A DNA stretch of 64,000 nt. Source: Lama glama. Its lineage: Eukaryota. Below the pieces are notes generated by a model. That model was not told where the DNA came from, ran no database searches, and saw nothing but the letters and a program-made list of their open reading frames with translations. Every line of letters begins with the position of its first letter. Position 1 is the stretch's first letter. This document shows positions 26,264 to 40,922 of the stretch, one piece after another. Made by a program: the position numbers and the translations under genes. Location of the stretch: positions 50,160,001 through 50,224,000 of the forward strand of contig CM052816.1 of the NCBI GenBank assembly GCA_028534125.1, given 5' to 3'.

Positions 26264-27218
26264 TACATACTGCTATAATGAGATATAGTGGAAACTTAGA
26301 GAAAAATTCTCACTGTATTTCAGTGTAACATGGCTCTATCTTGAACATACTCAAGGTCACCAAAAATTCTACAAGATTTTTGTTTTGCTGGCACAATATA
26401 GATCCTACCGTAAATGTTATGGTGAGGCTCTGGATTACTTGCTTGCTTAATGAGGCATTCTACAAATATGATACTATATCATGGACCACTACTGTTCAAA
26501 TAATTTAAGAACATCTGAAAAATTTAAATAATTATATCATAAATGTTGAGAAACATTACTTAAAATCCATTTTAAGTAGTAAACCTAATTGAAGATAGCT
26601 AATTTTGTTAGAACTTGCAAACACATACACTGTACTGCAATACGGTACTATAGAATTAATCATTAGAAGGCATATATTTCCATTACTTGAAATAACATGA
26701 GATAAAATGAGATTTTTATTTATAGCATGGTTCATGCTTAGGTATTAGCCATGTCAGCTCCAAGTACTCACCTGCCATTACTGAGATTTAAATTCTCCGC
26801 CATTTGAAAGAAAGGGTGATACCAAACATGAAATAAACAGAATTCAAAGATTCAATTCAGCCAACAGTTGGCCTCAGCGTTATAGTACCAACAATCTAAT
26901 TGCATTTAAGGTTCGAAATTGATTTAAAATAAGTACTCAGAAACATTTTCTCTGGTTCTAAGTGCGATGCCAGCCCAGTTAAGGCCTTCACCTGACATTT
27001 CCTCATCCTCTAAAAAGCCATCTGTCAAATTGCCTGCTGTTGTAACCATACTGCTGCCGTTCCATTTCCTTATTTTTGAAAGTCACTGAACTGTTTCCAA
27101 TCAGCGCACACACTGCAAGACATGGAATCCATTCCAATGGCTAGCTGAACATCAATTGCATACCTCCGAAGTAATTTTTTTTTAATCTGTAATGTTTAAA
27201 AAGGTATCAAACACTTAC

Positions 27219-27512
27219 GTTTATAGCAGTAGGCATCAAATCTGCTATCAGGGGGAGGGAAGCCTGTCTGGTTCTCAAAACGATACAGGGTTCTCACCCC
27301 AAGCAAACCACCTCCACACTGGGCCCTGGCCACAGTCACAGGGTGGCGAACGCTGGCGTCCAACAGCCACCCGTAATCGCACTGGTCGAAGCCGTTCCTC
27401 CACGCTGCTTGGAGCTCCCCCACCGTCGCCAGGCGCGCATCTTGGTTTTCACACTCTTCTGCAGCCTCCTCAAAGGTGAACTTATTGGGAGCAGTGATGT
27501 GGAACACATCCC
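27219..27512 (-). CDS. VCAN: VCAN exon 6, Link module 2
   Basis: tattccag|GGGATGTG...TATAAAC|gtaagt, 294 nt. It encodes [50 protein letters not shown]...FDAYCYK. Confidence 0.98.
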
Positions 27513-30500
27513 CTGGAATAAGAAGAGGAAAAAGGTTTAAATTTTACTATTCCGTCCTTTCCTGTTTGTGGGGTGGGGCGGGGGAGGAGAAGCACGTAAG
27601 TCTTTTCATGGCAACGCAGCAGCTTCGGATACTTCAGAGCAAAAAATTTGATGGTTAGCTAATGTTTTTATTAATGCATGATAAGAAATAACACACACCA
27701 GAAAAGTTTCATTATATATATTTCCCAGGCCATAGAAGCGGTCATTGGATAATAAAGTTACAATACATTTTTTAAAATGAACAAACTTTTCCCAGTGATT
27801 CTTGGGTTTAGTGTCCAGGAAACGGGTTTTCTGTTGAATGAAAGCGGCAGCAGTGTACTTATTAACAGTGCATGCTGGAAAGGGGGAGCTGCATCGACCT
27901 GTCACTGAGGTTATTTTTCTTTATCTTCAAATCGAATAGTAATTCTCTGACTCTCTTTCTCATCTATCACTACTATCAAAATGGATTAACTGCCATCAAG
28001 GCAAGTAATCAAACAAGAAAACCTCCAGGATTTGAAGAGGAAAGGGATAGAAGCAGAATGGAATGCTCTTTCCTGCCTTCCTAGCAGGGCTGCCCTGAGA
28101 GTCATGCCTGCACTTGGGTGGGGCTCAGGGTGTATGGGGGCCAAAGTCAGCTCTCACTCAACCAGCCAAAGGGACCAAACCCCCCACCACCACTGGAGGA
28201 AGGGGCACCTTTTTTTCTGCCTGGGCTGGATGGATACCTTTCACAACCTGTCTGCCCAGAAAGAGCACCTTCCGGTTCTCACAAAGTCACCATATGTGCT
28301 GGCAGGGGCTCTAACTGGGTTCCGGAGACTCTTACATTTGCTTGTTGATGAACAAAGAAAGGCTAAACATTTACTTTCTTCATCGCCAGGTCCCATTAGA
28401 CCCAATTAGTACGTTCATTATCATTTTACATGTCATAATAAAATATTCTGGAAATGCCAGAGAGCTTGTTTAATTGGAATTTTACTTCGGTAACTAACGT
28501 AACCATTGGCTGAAATAAATGTAATGTGAATTAAATGATGCTTTTTACAGAGCACAGAAGTGGCTAAAAGACAGAGGCAGAATTAGAGAATACCTAAGTA
28601 GATACAGCAGGCAGGAGGAGGAATATAAAATGAGGTAGAGGAGGCTAAAATATTGATAGCTCATTACTGTATTAGCAGAGGGTCCTGTTTCCACTGAGAC
28701 CACTTGCTGATTCTATGATATATTAGACAGCTGGGATGCAAGAGTTCTTGTGATCTGGATCTTCACCTGACTAAATCCAGATGGAACAAGCGATTGCTTA
28801 AAATGAATAGAGCCATTACTCTCTGCATGTGAATGATAGCTTTATAAAAATAAGAAAAATTATTCAGGGGGGAAAGGCCACATCACCTGTATCAGCTCTT
28901 CTCATTACAAATCTAAAACTGCTACCAATGAAACTAGGCCAAATCCCAATGAGAGCTATCTGAAGAACAGAAAGAAAAACGACTTTTACCTGACTGGAAA
29001 AAAGGTAGAGGTGAGAATGGATTTTTGTCCTTAATTATCTAGGCTGTCAAAGGACTATGATCTCAAATCTGAAAATACACTATGAGAAGAAACATTCCTT
29101 TTCCCCATTCCTGCAATGTCTCCCCTCCTAATAAGTGCTAAAAGCATAAAGGTCACAGTACCAGTTGCAGAGTATGTATCCAATAATTTTTGTTAAATGA
29201 ATGGCATTTCAAGTTCTGGTTCAGAAACAAGGTGCCCTTTTTCTTCCAACCTTCCCAAGCAGCACATTAAAGAGCACTAACTCTGCTACAGAGCTTTGGG
29301 TAGCTGCTGTCTGGGACAGGTGATTCATCTTGCCTGTGGATTTGGCTCAGAGCAACCCAGGGAAAGGCAGACAGAGAGACTACGTCGCCCCGAGAAGCCT
29401 CAGCAGCCTCGTCCACTTCAGCATCACACTTGCATTAGGCCTGAAAGCAAGGTACGTGTGAAAGAGGGCAGTGCGCCAACACGCTTCCCCCCCGAGGTGG
29501 AACACTGGCGATGTTATTACAGCTGGAGGATCAGTTTCGTTGCCTTCGTTTCCTGCATCGTGAGGTACTTCTATGTTGAGGCAAGACTACTGTCCCACTT
29601 CACTAACAAGAGTGATCAGCCAACCAGAGCAGGGCTGAGAAATGTAATTAACTGAGTGAAACTCTGCTTCTCCAAACAAATGTTAGTTCGTGTGATGGGG
29701 AAAGCAACTTCTCCAAATAGAGCCAGACCAAAGGGCTAATGAAGAAAAATGACGGCATGATGTTCTGGGGAACTGGTTTCCTTGTTTTAATAGCAAACAT
29801 ATTTGGGATATTAAAGGAAACAAAGGTTTCAGTAGGTGCTGGCAGGTTAAAAAGAGAATACCCTTATTATTATTAAATAAAGATCTACTTATAGAACTTT
29901 TCATATAAAAACTCTCGTAAAATCTGATTTTATACCAAAATAATTATTTAATTCACTTGTTTGGAGGATAGTTTTTACCCATCCAATCTCCAGAAAATAA
30001 TTTTACTTATTTGATTCAATTCAGTTATCCCTAAGGCAACCTATTCTTCTTTTTGTTTCTATGTAGAAACTTTTCAAACATTGCAAATAAAATTAAGAAA
30101 ACATATCGAAAAATATATCACCATTGGGTTTCATGTAACTCAGATTAAAAAAAAGTGCAAGATTTAATTGGTATTAATTGAGTTTACCTTAAGCTGAGAA
30201 TCAAAATAATTCATTTATAAAGATAACATGTGGCCTGTCATCATACATGGCATAATTATTCTTTTACTTCAAAATGAGAAAAAGAAAAGAAAAACATTTA
30301 CTTCAACTCTGTTTCAAAAACTAAATGTCTAAGCCATCCTAAATCATAATTGTTTAACATGAACCTTACCTCATCCACTTCAAAAATCTAATGATGTAGT
30401 GAAGCATCCACACTGTGGAATTATCATATTGAGTCTTGAATCTTTTAGAATTGACACTAAAACTCTACCAAAAACAGTAACTTGAATATCCAAACTTTGT

Positions 30501-30914
30501 CCTTCCTACGTATCAATGTCAAAAAATTAAGGCCAGACATCTTATACTTTTCTCAAATATGCCAGAATATCCTGGCATCAGTTTCATACGAAAACCAAAC
30601 CAGAAAAAAAAAGGTAAATTAATAGGCAATAGACCAATAGTAATAACTGAACTAATTCATATTACTAAGTGTCCGTGATTTCTAAGACATCTGTTTTTAC
30701 TCTTTATTGACAAAACTAAAATAACCTCCTGTCAAGTCTTTTTGATTCATTTAAGTGCCTGGTTTTACATAGATAATCCTTTGACATTATATATGTTTTA
30801 ATTCAACATAATACAAATATAGGTGACCTGCTGTTTAAATCAGAATTAACCTATTAAAAGCTTATTGTTGAAGATGTGGATGGGGAAGATTATTAAATTC
30901 TGGTCCAAGTTCTA

Positions 30915-31218
30915 AGAATATATTTTCCAAAAGTGTCTTCTACAGAAAACTGGTGATTCCTGAGACATGACTAGGTATTCCAAAGAAAAGAGGTTTTGTA
31001 GACAATGGCATTTAGAAAACAAATACAAGTTATCTGACAGGTTTCATTTCTGCAAGACTTCTCAGAGTATTTAATATTATTGTATTTTCTGGGAGTCCCC
31101 ACAAGGAAGTTATGATCTGTAAGCCATTTGACCAGGGTAATCTCCTTTTCTTATAGAATACTAATTAATAGTCCTTGGATCTGTTTCATGGAATAATTTG
31201 GAAAACACTGCCCTAGAG
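30915..31218. mobile_element. Ancient hAT-Charlie-like element
   Basis: Degenerate inverted ends: tattttccaaaagtgtcttctacagaa and ttcatggaataatttggaaaacactgccctaga. Confidence 0.45.
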
Positions 31219-34200
31219 ACATGAGTGTAAGAAGAGGAATCTCAATTGATCCATAACAAATATAACTTAGTATTAAGTATCCTGGTAGCCTGTGTGTCAG
31301 CCTGCTCTAGATAGAAGCAAAGTACCAAAACCAGGTAACTAGACAGAATCAAAGGGGGGAATCAAAACAACCAAGCAAAGGTCATATGAAGTCCATTGCC
31401 TCCCAGGTTGTGAAAAAGACTGTGAGCAAGCAAAGGATGCCGGGGCAGGCAGAGCAGGGACCCTGATGAAGAGTCCAAGACTGCATTTAAGCTGAACACA
31501 GAAGGGTCCCATTTCTTAGAAAGAAGCTCATTTTTCAAAAAGCCAAGCAAAGTACAGCAGATAAAAGCGTTTGGTCCTAAACTGTAGGCAGAAGCCTTTC
31601 AATCCCATCTCCCACAGAAAAAAAATGCAAGTTTTAGACTAAACACTGACCACATTTACACTGAGAAAAGTAGTCAAGATTTTAAGATTTTTGAAGATTT
31701 TATTGATCTACTTTCAGTTTTAAAATCTATAGTCTAGAATTATTTAGAGGTCAAATTATATGTTCTAAACATTAGTCATTAGTAACATTAATGACACAAG
31801 ACAGAAATTAAGTCCAGGCCAGTAACAGGAGTATAAATCTAGCATTGGTCCAAAAATGAACCATCATATGAGGATGTATGAAGAGATAAAATCTAAAGTC
31901 CAGAGGCAAAGCCAAATCAGGAAGCAAAGGAACAGAGAAAGAGAAAGCAAACATGGGAAATCAAGCAAAGCAATTCAGTTCATTTGCTCAGCTTCTCTCT
32001 CTCTCTCCTACATGACTTCATAGGTCAGGTTGTGTAAGTAAGTTCCTACCCCAAGGGGATCTTAGAGGCACCTTTTGGCCTTCGATGTAAGTAACAAAAG
32101 TTCCTTCTGAGTTTTATCACAGCATCACCTTTAGAGGAGAGGAGAGAGGAGCAAAGCCTTCCTTGAGAGAGAATACACATACACCTACTTCATTCGCATC
32201 AGACAAAGCTGTGTTCTAGCTCTACTCTTGAATACTGTGACTGAACAACTGAATGCATTTTGGATTTACTGGATAGTTGCCTTCTTGGAAGGCAAGCATT
32301 ACTTTTATAAGTGGACAATGAGTCCACTATTCAGTTCCAGAAGTTGTCTCATCAGAGCAGCAACATCTATAGGACATCTGGTGTCAAATTTGTAATAAGA
32401 GTACAGATTTGGAACACGTTTCTAAATGTTATCTACCCATGAGAGAATAGTCCATTTTTCTCTTATTAAAGAGAGCAAATAAAACATCAGGAAAGAAATA
32501 TACAAAATATCCTTTATACACAGAAAGATACACAACTTAAGATAAAGTGTCAAGTTAAGTTTTTATAAGAATTCATTGACTTCATTGATGTGTATACAGA
32601 TACATATACATTCACATTAGTACACAATAAAACATAACGCAGATCAGAGGATTTCACACATGGGATAATTTGCATGTTCATATGAAAAACAGATACGCAG
32701 TATCTTAACTCATGTTTTCCCAAAATTTTAAGTTAAATGCTGAGGCTCTGAATTATTCTTGTTATCCCAACTTTCCAGGGATGTCCTAGAAGAAACTGGA
32801 GGGCATTGCTGGGGAGAATTTAGTATCTGGTGACATTCCACAAACTAAATTCATCTTAATTATGGGAATTAATATCTTCAGAAATATTAAGAAAAAAAAA
32901 CACTTTGATTTGACAACTAGCTGCTAAAAGACTCCCTGGAAAGTGGACCATGCATCTTTTTTTCCACACTTCTGATTGCTAAATGGAAAAGCTGTTTCTT
33001 GGCAGACTTAAAAATGACATATACTGAAATGGCAAGTCATGATGAAAACAAATCAAAACATTAAAAATGACCCACACTATTCACAAGCTAGAGTTTATAC
33101 CCAGGAGTAACTCAGAAAACTTATGAAAGAACCTGGGTCCAGAGGAAAGCTAAGACAGGATATTTCTCTCCTGCAGACAATTCCCTGCCGTCACCAAGGA
33201 GAAAAGGGGTGTTGGCATCAGCAGATCTGAGATAATTATTAGGATGTGAAATGCTTATAGGATAAAATCACTTACAGTATATGGCAAGTATTGTGGTGAT
33301 AAAAACAGTTGAATGTAATTATTATGTTTCAAGCTTTGGATTTTAAGTTTTTTCAAAGGAAGTTTCTTTTTCTCCGCTCCTCCACTCCCTGCAACCCCCT
33401 ACCGCTCTCGGCTCTTTCTCTCTCTTTTTTCCCCTTTGTCTATATACACAAGATCAAAGCAGTGAAGACTAATGCTCATTATCCTGGATCACGAAGTCCA
33501 TCAGCTGTACATGGTTGGTTAACAGCTAACATCCTGTTATATAATCTTTTGATGGTCGATATTTGTAGATAATTCAAAATCATGTCAAGTCCCCCTAAGA
33601 ATTTGATTTGATCCTTTAACCTGCACAGAGACCAACCTTCTGTTAGCAGTGACAAGAAAACTTCTGGGGCTGCCAAGGTAAATTCATCCATTTCTAGCGT
33701 TAGTCTGGCAATGCTTCTAATTTGGGGGGTAATGAGATTGGAAAGCTAGGTCAGCACCTTTCAAATTTCTCACTTGTCTTAGGCTGAACTTGGAAGCATA
33801 ATGTGGCTTAAAGCATAGACACTGGGTTTTGAAAATTTTACCCTCTATTTAATTTTAGAGAATTGTCATCTGTCTGCTGTGATAGTTACCATTCTCTAAA
33901 TCAGTTGATATTCATGGGGAAAGGAATCCACATATTTATCAATGTGCTATTACACAAGATCTTATGTATGTCATTTCAAAGGTTTAAAGACATAGGAAAT
34001 CCTACTAAAATTTCAACATATTTTCATGGTTTGGGGGATGTCAGACTTCATTCTTTCCCATTGACAGAGCAGTAAGATTTTAATTAGAGTGAGAAAGAGA
34101 TTCTAAAAAATTTCTGGATGTCTGAGTCTTCAAAATATGTAAGAGATTGAATGTGTTATTTGATTTGACAGGCACAGTATGTCTGCAGGTCAACACAGGA

Positions 34201-34389
34201 GAATCAGCCTAGATTTTTTTTTTTTAACTTTTCACAGCTGAGAGGTAAATGGCCACTGTATTTCTAAAGAAGTTCTTTCGATTCAGAATTCCAGGAGAAG
34301 CTGACATCAAAACCTTAAAGCAATCAATTGTCACATGTTTCAAGAGGTTTATGTCAAGACATTTCTACTTATTTAAGGTGAGATTATAA

Positions 34390-35222
34390 AATAAAAGGGA
34401 CTATATATAGAAAATCCTAAGAATTCCATTGAAAAAACTATTAGAACAAACAATTTCAGCAAGGTTGCAGGATACAAGATACAACACCAATATATAAAAA
34501 TCAAATATATTTTCATATACTTGCAATGAACAATCAGAAAAATAAAGAAAATCCTATTTGCATTTGCATCAAAAAGAATAAAATATTTAGGATTAAATTT
34601 AACAAAAGTTCTGCAAACTTATACTCTAAAACCTATAAAAGGTAAAAAACATTGTTGAAAGAAAGTAAAGATGATCTAAAAAAAAAATCCCATGTTCCTG
34701 GATCAAAAGATGTACTCCTGTTAGGGTGGCAGTACACCTCAAACTAATCTGGAGATTTAATTCAATCTCAGCTGACTTCTTTCTAGAAAATTACATGAGA
34801 ACTCAAGGGGCCCAGAATAAGTAAAACAATTTTGAAAAAGAACACAGTTGGAGGTCTCAAATTTTCCAATTTCAAAATTTACTACAAAGCAAAAATAATC
34901 AAAACAATGTGGTACTGACATAAGTATAGACATACAGACATACAGATCAATAGAATAGAGTCCAGAAATAAATCCTTATATCTATAAGCAATTTATTTCC
35001 AACAGGGTGCCAAGGCCATTAAATAAGGAAAGAATAGTCTTTTCAACAAATGGTGCTGGCACAACTGGATATCCACATGCCAAAAAATGGATTTGGACTC
35101 TTACTTTATACCATACACAAAAATTAACTCAAAATAGATAAAAAGAAAAGTAAAACTTTAAACTTTTACAACTCTTAGAAGGAAACACAAGTTAGTCTCA
35201 TGACTGGGGATTTGGCAATGTT
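34390..35222 (+). mobile_element. Decayed LINE-1 ORF2 fragment
   Basis: Contains L1 ORF2 hallmarks: agcaaggttgcaggatacaagat, tactacaaagc...aaaacaatgtggtactg and atagtcttttcaacaaatggtgctgg. It has multiple frameshifts. Confidence 0.9.
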
Positions 35223-35919
35223 TTGTTTCACTAATTCTTAAATAACTTCCATTAGTGAAATACTCTGTAGATTACATTCTGTAAATTCCATTAAAATTAA
35301 AAGTCAATCTGAGAATCCACAGGCAGGAAATCACACAATTTCCAGATCTGATATCTGATTTTGATCCAATCAAAGCCTCCAAAGAAGCTGGAACTAAACC
35401 CTGCTCTAAGACCTGTTTAAGGACATTCAGGCTTTTACCTAAATTTTTAGCTTTCCTATCTAAAGGAATTCATAAGATTAAAAGGAAAGGTGATTTTTGG
35501 TTCTAGGTCAGACACAAGGATGACATGAAGTCATTAGACAAGTCATAGAGGTGACTGAGCTATCCTGGATTTTGGCATGAGAAAGCAGTAGAAAAATTAA
35601 CCTGTAATTTGTGAATAGGTACAATGGTACCAACACCAACGAAGACAGTTGGCTAGGAAGGCAAGAAGGAGGAATTATTGTGAGAGGCTGGAAAGGAGAA
35701 AGGAGTATCTGTAGGAAAGAATTATTTCTAAGAGACACCACAGAAAAGAGTGAGAAGAGACATTCAAAGAGAAAAACTAGTATCATGGCAATCAGTAAAA
35801 GTAAAACAACTGTATCCTTAGTAAATTTGGTGGACAAAGCTTGGCATTTTTTTCCCAAGTACTATAGAAATGGTAGGGTGGTGGAAGGTAGTCTTTAAAA
35901 GAGACAAAGTTTGGAGAAA

Positions 35920-37090
35920 TGCTGCAATTACCACCAAGTATTTCTTGAGTAACTATTATGTGTCTATTACTGGAATAGGTTCTTCACTGTGGTTGGGAGA
36001 GTTATAGAAGAAGATCATGGCCTTATCTTTACCAAGAGCTTACAGAAATTTTTCAGAAATAAAAATAATAGGTAACAATTTGTACCTGATGAATATCAAT
36101 CAACCAGGGGATAATTAAACACCAGACATGTGGAACTAACTCTAAGAAAAGTGAGAGTTCAGAATCAGGAAGTCAGTGTGAGCTAGAAGAGCCAAAGATG
36201 GGCTCATGGAGGCAGTCTGTCTTCAGGCACAGGGAAGAGCAGAATGTTGGAAAGATGACAGTCTTGTGTTCTCTGAGAGGAACAAAGCACAGCTGCTGGA
36301 AGGAGCTAGCATGGAGCCTGTGGACGGCTGGTGTATGTTTGCTGGGTCATACTGGACAGAAGTAAACACAGTTGAGTAGGTTACTCTTGAGCCAGGTTTG
36401 AGGGTTTTGCAGAATGGGCCGAGTTTGTGCTTGAGGAGGAAGGCAACAGTAAATTCACTACACAGTGTTGAGTAGGGGAGTGATATGGCTATGGTGTTTA
36501 AATGCTTTGATGATCATAAAACAGGTCCCTTGAAGAACTGTTAAAGGCATGGGGGTTATTTGTGAAATGAGACAGAAACCCAGAGGTGAGACACAAAAAT
36601 GATTCACAAACTAGAAATGAGGGTATGGAATTCAGAAGAGAGTTCAGGGCTAGACATATAAAACCAAAAATTATTATTTCCATTTTTCATATTTTTGTTC
36701 TTTTGGTGTCCTTTTGTTCATCCCACAAAGCATTTGATTCATTTACATACAAAGGAGCAAAAATGAAATTAAACAAACTAATAATAAAATTGGAGTAATG
36801 AAATATTTGGAAGGAGGATTGTGATGAAGCCTGGAGAGATGTGAAGTTATACAAAGGGCAAGAAAAAATCGATGTGAGTAGAGTGGGTACGTACAGTTTC
36901 AAGGTTAATTTATTAATTCACTCATTTATTCACCTCCATCTGTGGAGCACCTACTGTGTGCCAAGGACATAGTGGGGATACATATGGTTCATTCTCTCCC
37001 AGAATCCATAGTCTAGTAGGAGATGGAGGAGTAAGCAAACATTTGCAGGAGGGTGATTATAGCCATACATTCAAAGATCCGAGATGGTAA
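35920..37090 (-). mobile_element. Degenerate LINE-2 fragments
   Basis: The L2 tail attcactcatttattca...gagcacctactgtgtgccaagg at ~36915, plus a purine-rich L2-like body. Boundaries are approximate. Confidence 0.55.
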
Positions 37091-38286
37091 CGGTGAGAGA
37101 GACCAACAAGGACTTAGGAAGGGCATGTGGGATGAACGAGAGAGCCCAGAGTACAGATACATCAAAGTGCTGGGAAGCTTGTGTGAAAGTCAGGGAACTG
37201 GAATAATTGGGTGGTAGTTGTTTCAGGTGAAGGAAAAGCCAACATGGAAAGTTTATATGGAAAATACAGGCCATAGAAGGTTAGGATGTAGGTTCCCAAG
37301 ATTGCCCATGTCAGGGGCTAGGAATTCCTGGATCAATCATTTGTAAGATTTGGGGACAAGACTAGAAGTATTGACTCATTTGCAGGAACCTAAGAGGGTC
37401 AACCATGAAAGAAAGCAGTCTGACTTCATCTACCCTCTGATGTATCTGCAGAGAGAATTAAACCCTTGTATAAAGGAAACTATTTTCTTTTAAGTACCTG
37501 CTATCAAAAAGAAACCAAATGAACAATCAACCTATTCATTTCATTAAAAATAATTGAAAATATTTTTAAACATTTGAGTGCTTTTTTAAGCTTAAATATT
37601 TACATTGGAGTCCATTCTTTTCAATACTTTCGTTATCTATCTTATCTAGGAATTTTTTGCTATGGATAGAACTACACACACATATTTCCTGTGAAATTGC
37701 CAGTTTTCAGCACAGAAATTCATGAGTTCACAAAGCACTTTCACAAGTATTTAAATCTCCCAGTGGCAAAGTGAATGCATTTATATGCCCATGACCTTCT
37801 GTGGGGGGGTCAGACAGCAGATTAACTCCTGAATATTATGGTTCAAGAAGATAATGCTCTAATCAGAGAATAAGCTGATTTCAAACAATTTAGGAGAGAG
37901 AGTGTGGGAATTCTTATTTTGCCAGGGTATTTTTTAAAATTATTTTAAAATGTTCAAGCAATTTACCGTATTCAAAATACCTCGACATAAAAGTCACCTG
38001 CCTTCATAAAGTGACAGATTTTCAGTTATTTCTATATTTTCTGAAGTACCATGTCCCAGACTTCGACGAAGCATTGCACTCATAACATCTCAGATCTATT
38101 CTAGTCGAAAAAACTTTCAGAGATGACATTTTATAGTCTGTCAGGATTCTTTCTACATTTAACAATAATTATTGTCAGAAAAAAAAATTCCTTACATTGA
38201 ACCTAATTCACAGAGTTGCAATTTTATCTCACCTTCATTTTTTTGAATTCAGTAGAAATAAAGGAACTTTCATATACCAGAAGCTG

Positions 38287-38520
38287 TAATAACAACTATT
38301 ATTTATTGAGCACTCACTCACTTTGTGCTATATGGTGTGATAAAAGCTTTAGACCTTAACTCATTTTATTTCCATACCATGATTAAAAGATAAGTATCCT
38401 GATTGTCCCCATTTCACACAAGAAGAAACTGAAGCTTAGAGAGGTAAAACCTTGTTCAGGATCTCACAACTAATGAGTGACAAAGCTGGGACTCAACTGA
38501 GGTCCTTCCTAGTCTTAATT
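38287..38520 (-). mobile_element. MIR SINE
   Basis: atttattgagcact...ccccatttcacacaagaagaaactgaagcttagagaggtaa is the MIR core. Confidence 0.8.
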
Positions 38521-40872
38521 ATGAGTTACTTACCTACTAACCAAGAATCCTCCCTGGGCGTTGTCTTTACCACTCCCAAACTACTCTGATCCTTTACCCA
38601 ATTTTCTGAACTATTTAATCATCTCAACTCTATTGCAAACCCTCTCAATGGTTTCCAAATTGACCTTAGCAGAAAACACAGATTAAATTTACTAAAAAGG
38701 ATAATTTTATGGATCTTAACTTCTATATTCCTACTTTAGAATCTTAATTCCATTAATTTCTTAGTAAGAGTGTTCTGTTACTGAATCATGGCTAACAAGT
38801 CACCATTTCCAAGGACTCAAGCTAATAATGAAATTGCTTGCTAGTGGATATAAGCTAGTGTTAACACTCTTAAACTTACTAGGTTATTTTTACAAATAGA
38901 ATTGAATATCGTATGTATATGCATAACTGTATTATAATTACCACCTTAGAATAAGAACCAGATTGGTTTTTCTCCCCCTCAAACTGGCTGGATTTAGTTT
39001 AGTATAATTATTTGAATTTTATAAAGAAATATAAAAATGACATTGTAAAATAAGAGAGGAGAAAAAAACAGATGGTTGACATTCTGTCAACTAAATATCT
39101 TTCATAATAAATAACTAAATTAAGACAAAATTAATTGTCTTTTTGAACTAGGTTTCATTTTATACTTAATTGATTTTTTCACTAGACCATCTGGAATAAT
39201 ATTACTTCTGATCTATAGTAATTGCAGTTGGTTTATAACTGAGTACACATTCTATTACAGGCATTCTGAGTACATTAATATCTCTGATTTTGACTGGCCC
39301 CCACCACCTCTCACATACACAATTGGCTGTCAAAAATACAATGAATTATAGGTGGGAATTATTATACCCATGAATATAGCAATAAATATCTCTTAAAAGG
39401 AACTTTGGCTCACTTTCAAATGATCTTTTATCAACGTGGCAACTAAAGTATCAGATGTAATTTTACAAAGTCAACTTTCCACAAGAATTTTTATCAAATC
39501 ACAGTTTAGCCAGTGGTCTTTACTTCAAAGGGAGAACATACACTTCAGTAAAGCAGAGAAAAAGACCTTACAAGAATCATCTTGTGATCTTCCTCCTACA
39601 TCATCAGTCACAAAAGGTCTCTTTAACCCCACCACCTCCCACCAAGTCCAATTTCAAGTCAAGAAAGAAAAGACCAGGTTCCAAAAATTTGCTAATTATT
39701 CCAAGAGACAACAAACAAAGAGGGAAATATTTCCAGAACAATGTCATTGTAAATTGTCAAGTTCCTTCTATGAAACAAATTAAAGCCTTGTTACTCTGCT
39801 GACACAAATTTCAGCCAGTGCTTGAATTCATACTTATACTGATTCTTTTATCTTTCTCTTCTAACTTTTATGTGACAAAAATGTTAATTTTTTTTTGCTT
39901 TGGTGTTAATACCACAACTAAAATGATGTTATATTACATATTACAAGTTTTCAGTCATCAAATATGTGGAACATTTATCCCAAGTAAATATATAACTGTA
40001 TAAAATACAGTTGAGTTACATCGATACAGAGATTGGTTTTACCAATAACCATTGCCCTAGAAATGGTGATGTTTATGGAGATGGAGAAGAACTCTTATAC
40101 AACTAGTAAATCCATTTCATCGTGGTCTATGTGCACATCCTCAATTACCCTTCTGACAGCCCAACTTTCCCCAAACTAGTTATGTTACTCTGAGCAGACT
40201 GTGGGGGAGCAATCTCTCAATGGGTACAATGTGGCCAGTGATTCCTGGCAGGCCTTCTACCACCAAGACCTGTCAAAACTATCTCACACTGTATTTATCG
40301 AGGGCATGGAATCTCTGGGACTTCTGCAGAAATAGAAAGTCCTCTGGCTTCAAAGAAGGCAGAGATTCTGTAGCTTTAGGGAGTGGGGTTTCAGTAACTC
40401 TAACGGGATAAGACTGAAGAGAAGATACACACAGGAGCCCATAGACACTCCTTCTAGTGACATTGTGAGTATATAAGCCTGTCTTTTCATCAAGGAGGCT
40501 CACTTGTGACACTTATTCATATTAGGATCAGACCACGGATTTGTACCTGAAAGTCACCATTTCAATTATATTTGGTGAAGATCTTTTAGGTAATTAGAAC
40601 TTACGTACACTTTTTCAAAAACTACCTCTAGTTTAATTCTAGTATTACCAGCATACCTGAAATTTTAATAACTATCACTCTAATAGATATTAGTCTAAAC
40701 TAAAACAACAGTGATAAAACAAATTTCACCTTTCTGAATTTCCATCTTACTGAAATAGCAATAATCAAATTTATTTCCTGGACTCAAGATTTCTCTACCA
40801 ACCACCTCCTATTCCATGAAAAAAGTTAATTAAACTTAAAATAAACTTGAAATTAAACTTAAAGGAAGGAGA

Positions 40873-40922
40873 CTAGCTAGCTAGCTAGCTAGCTATAAAA
40901 GAGATTGATCTATCTATCTATC
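40873..40922. repeat. Compound microsatellite (CTAG)5...(TATC)3
   Basis: Read directly from the sequence. Confidence 0.9.
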
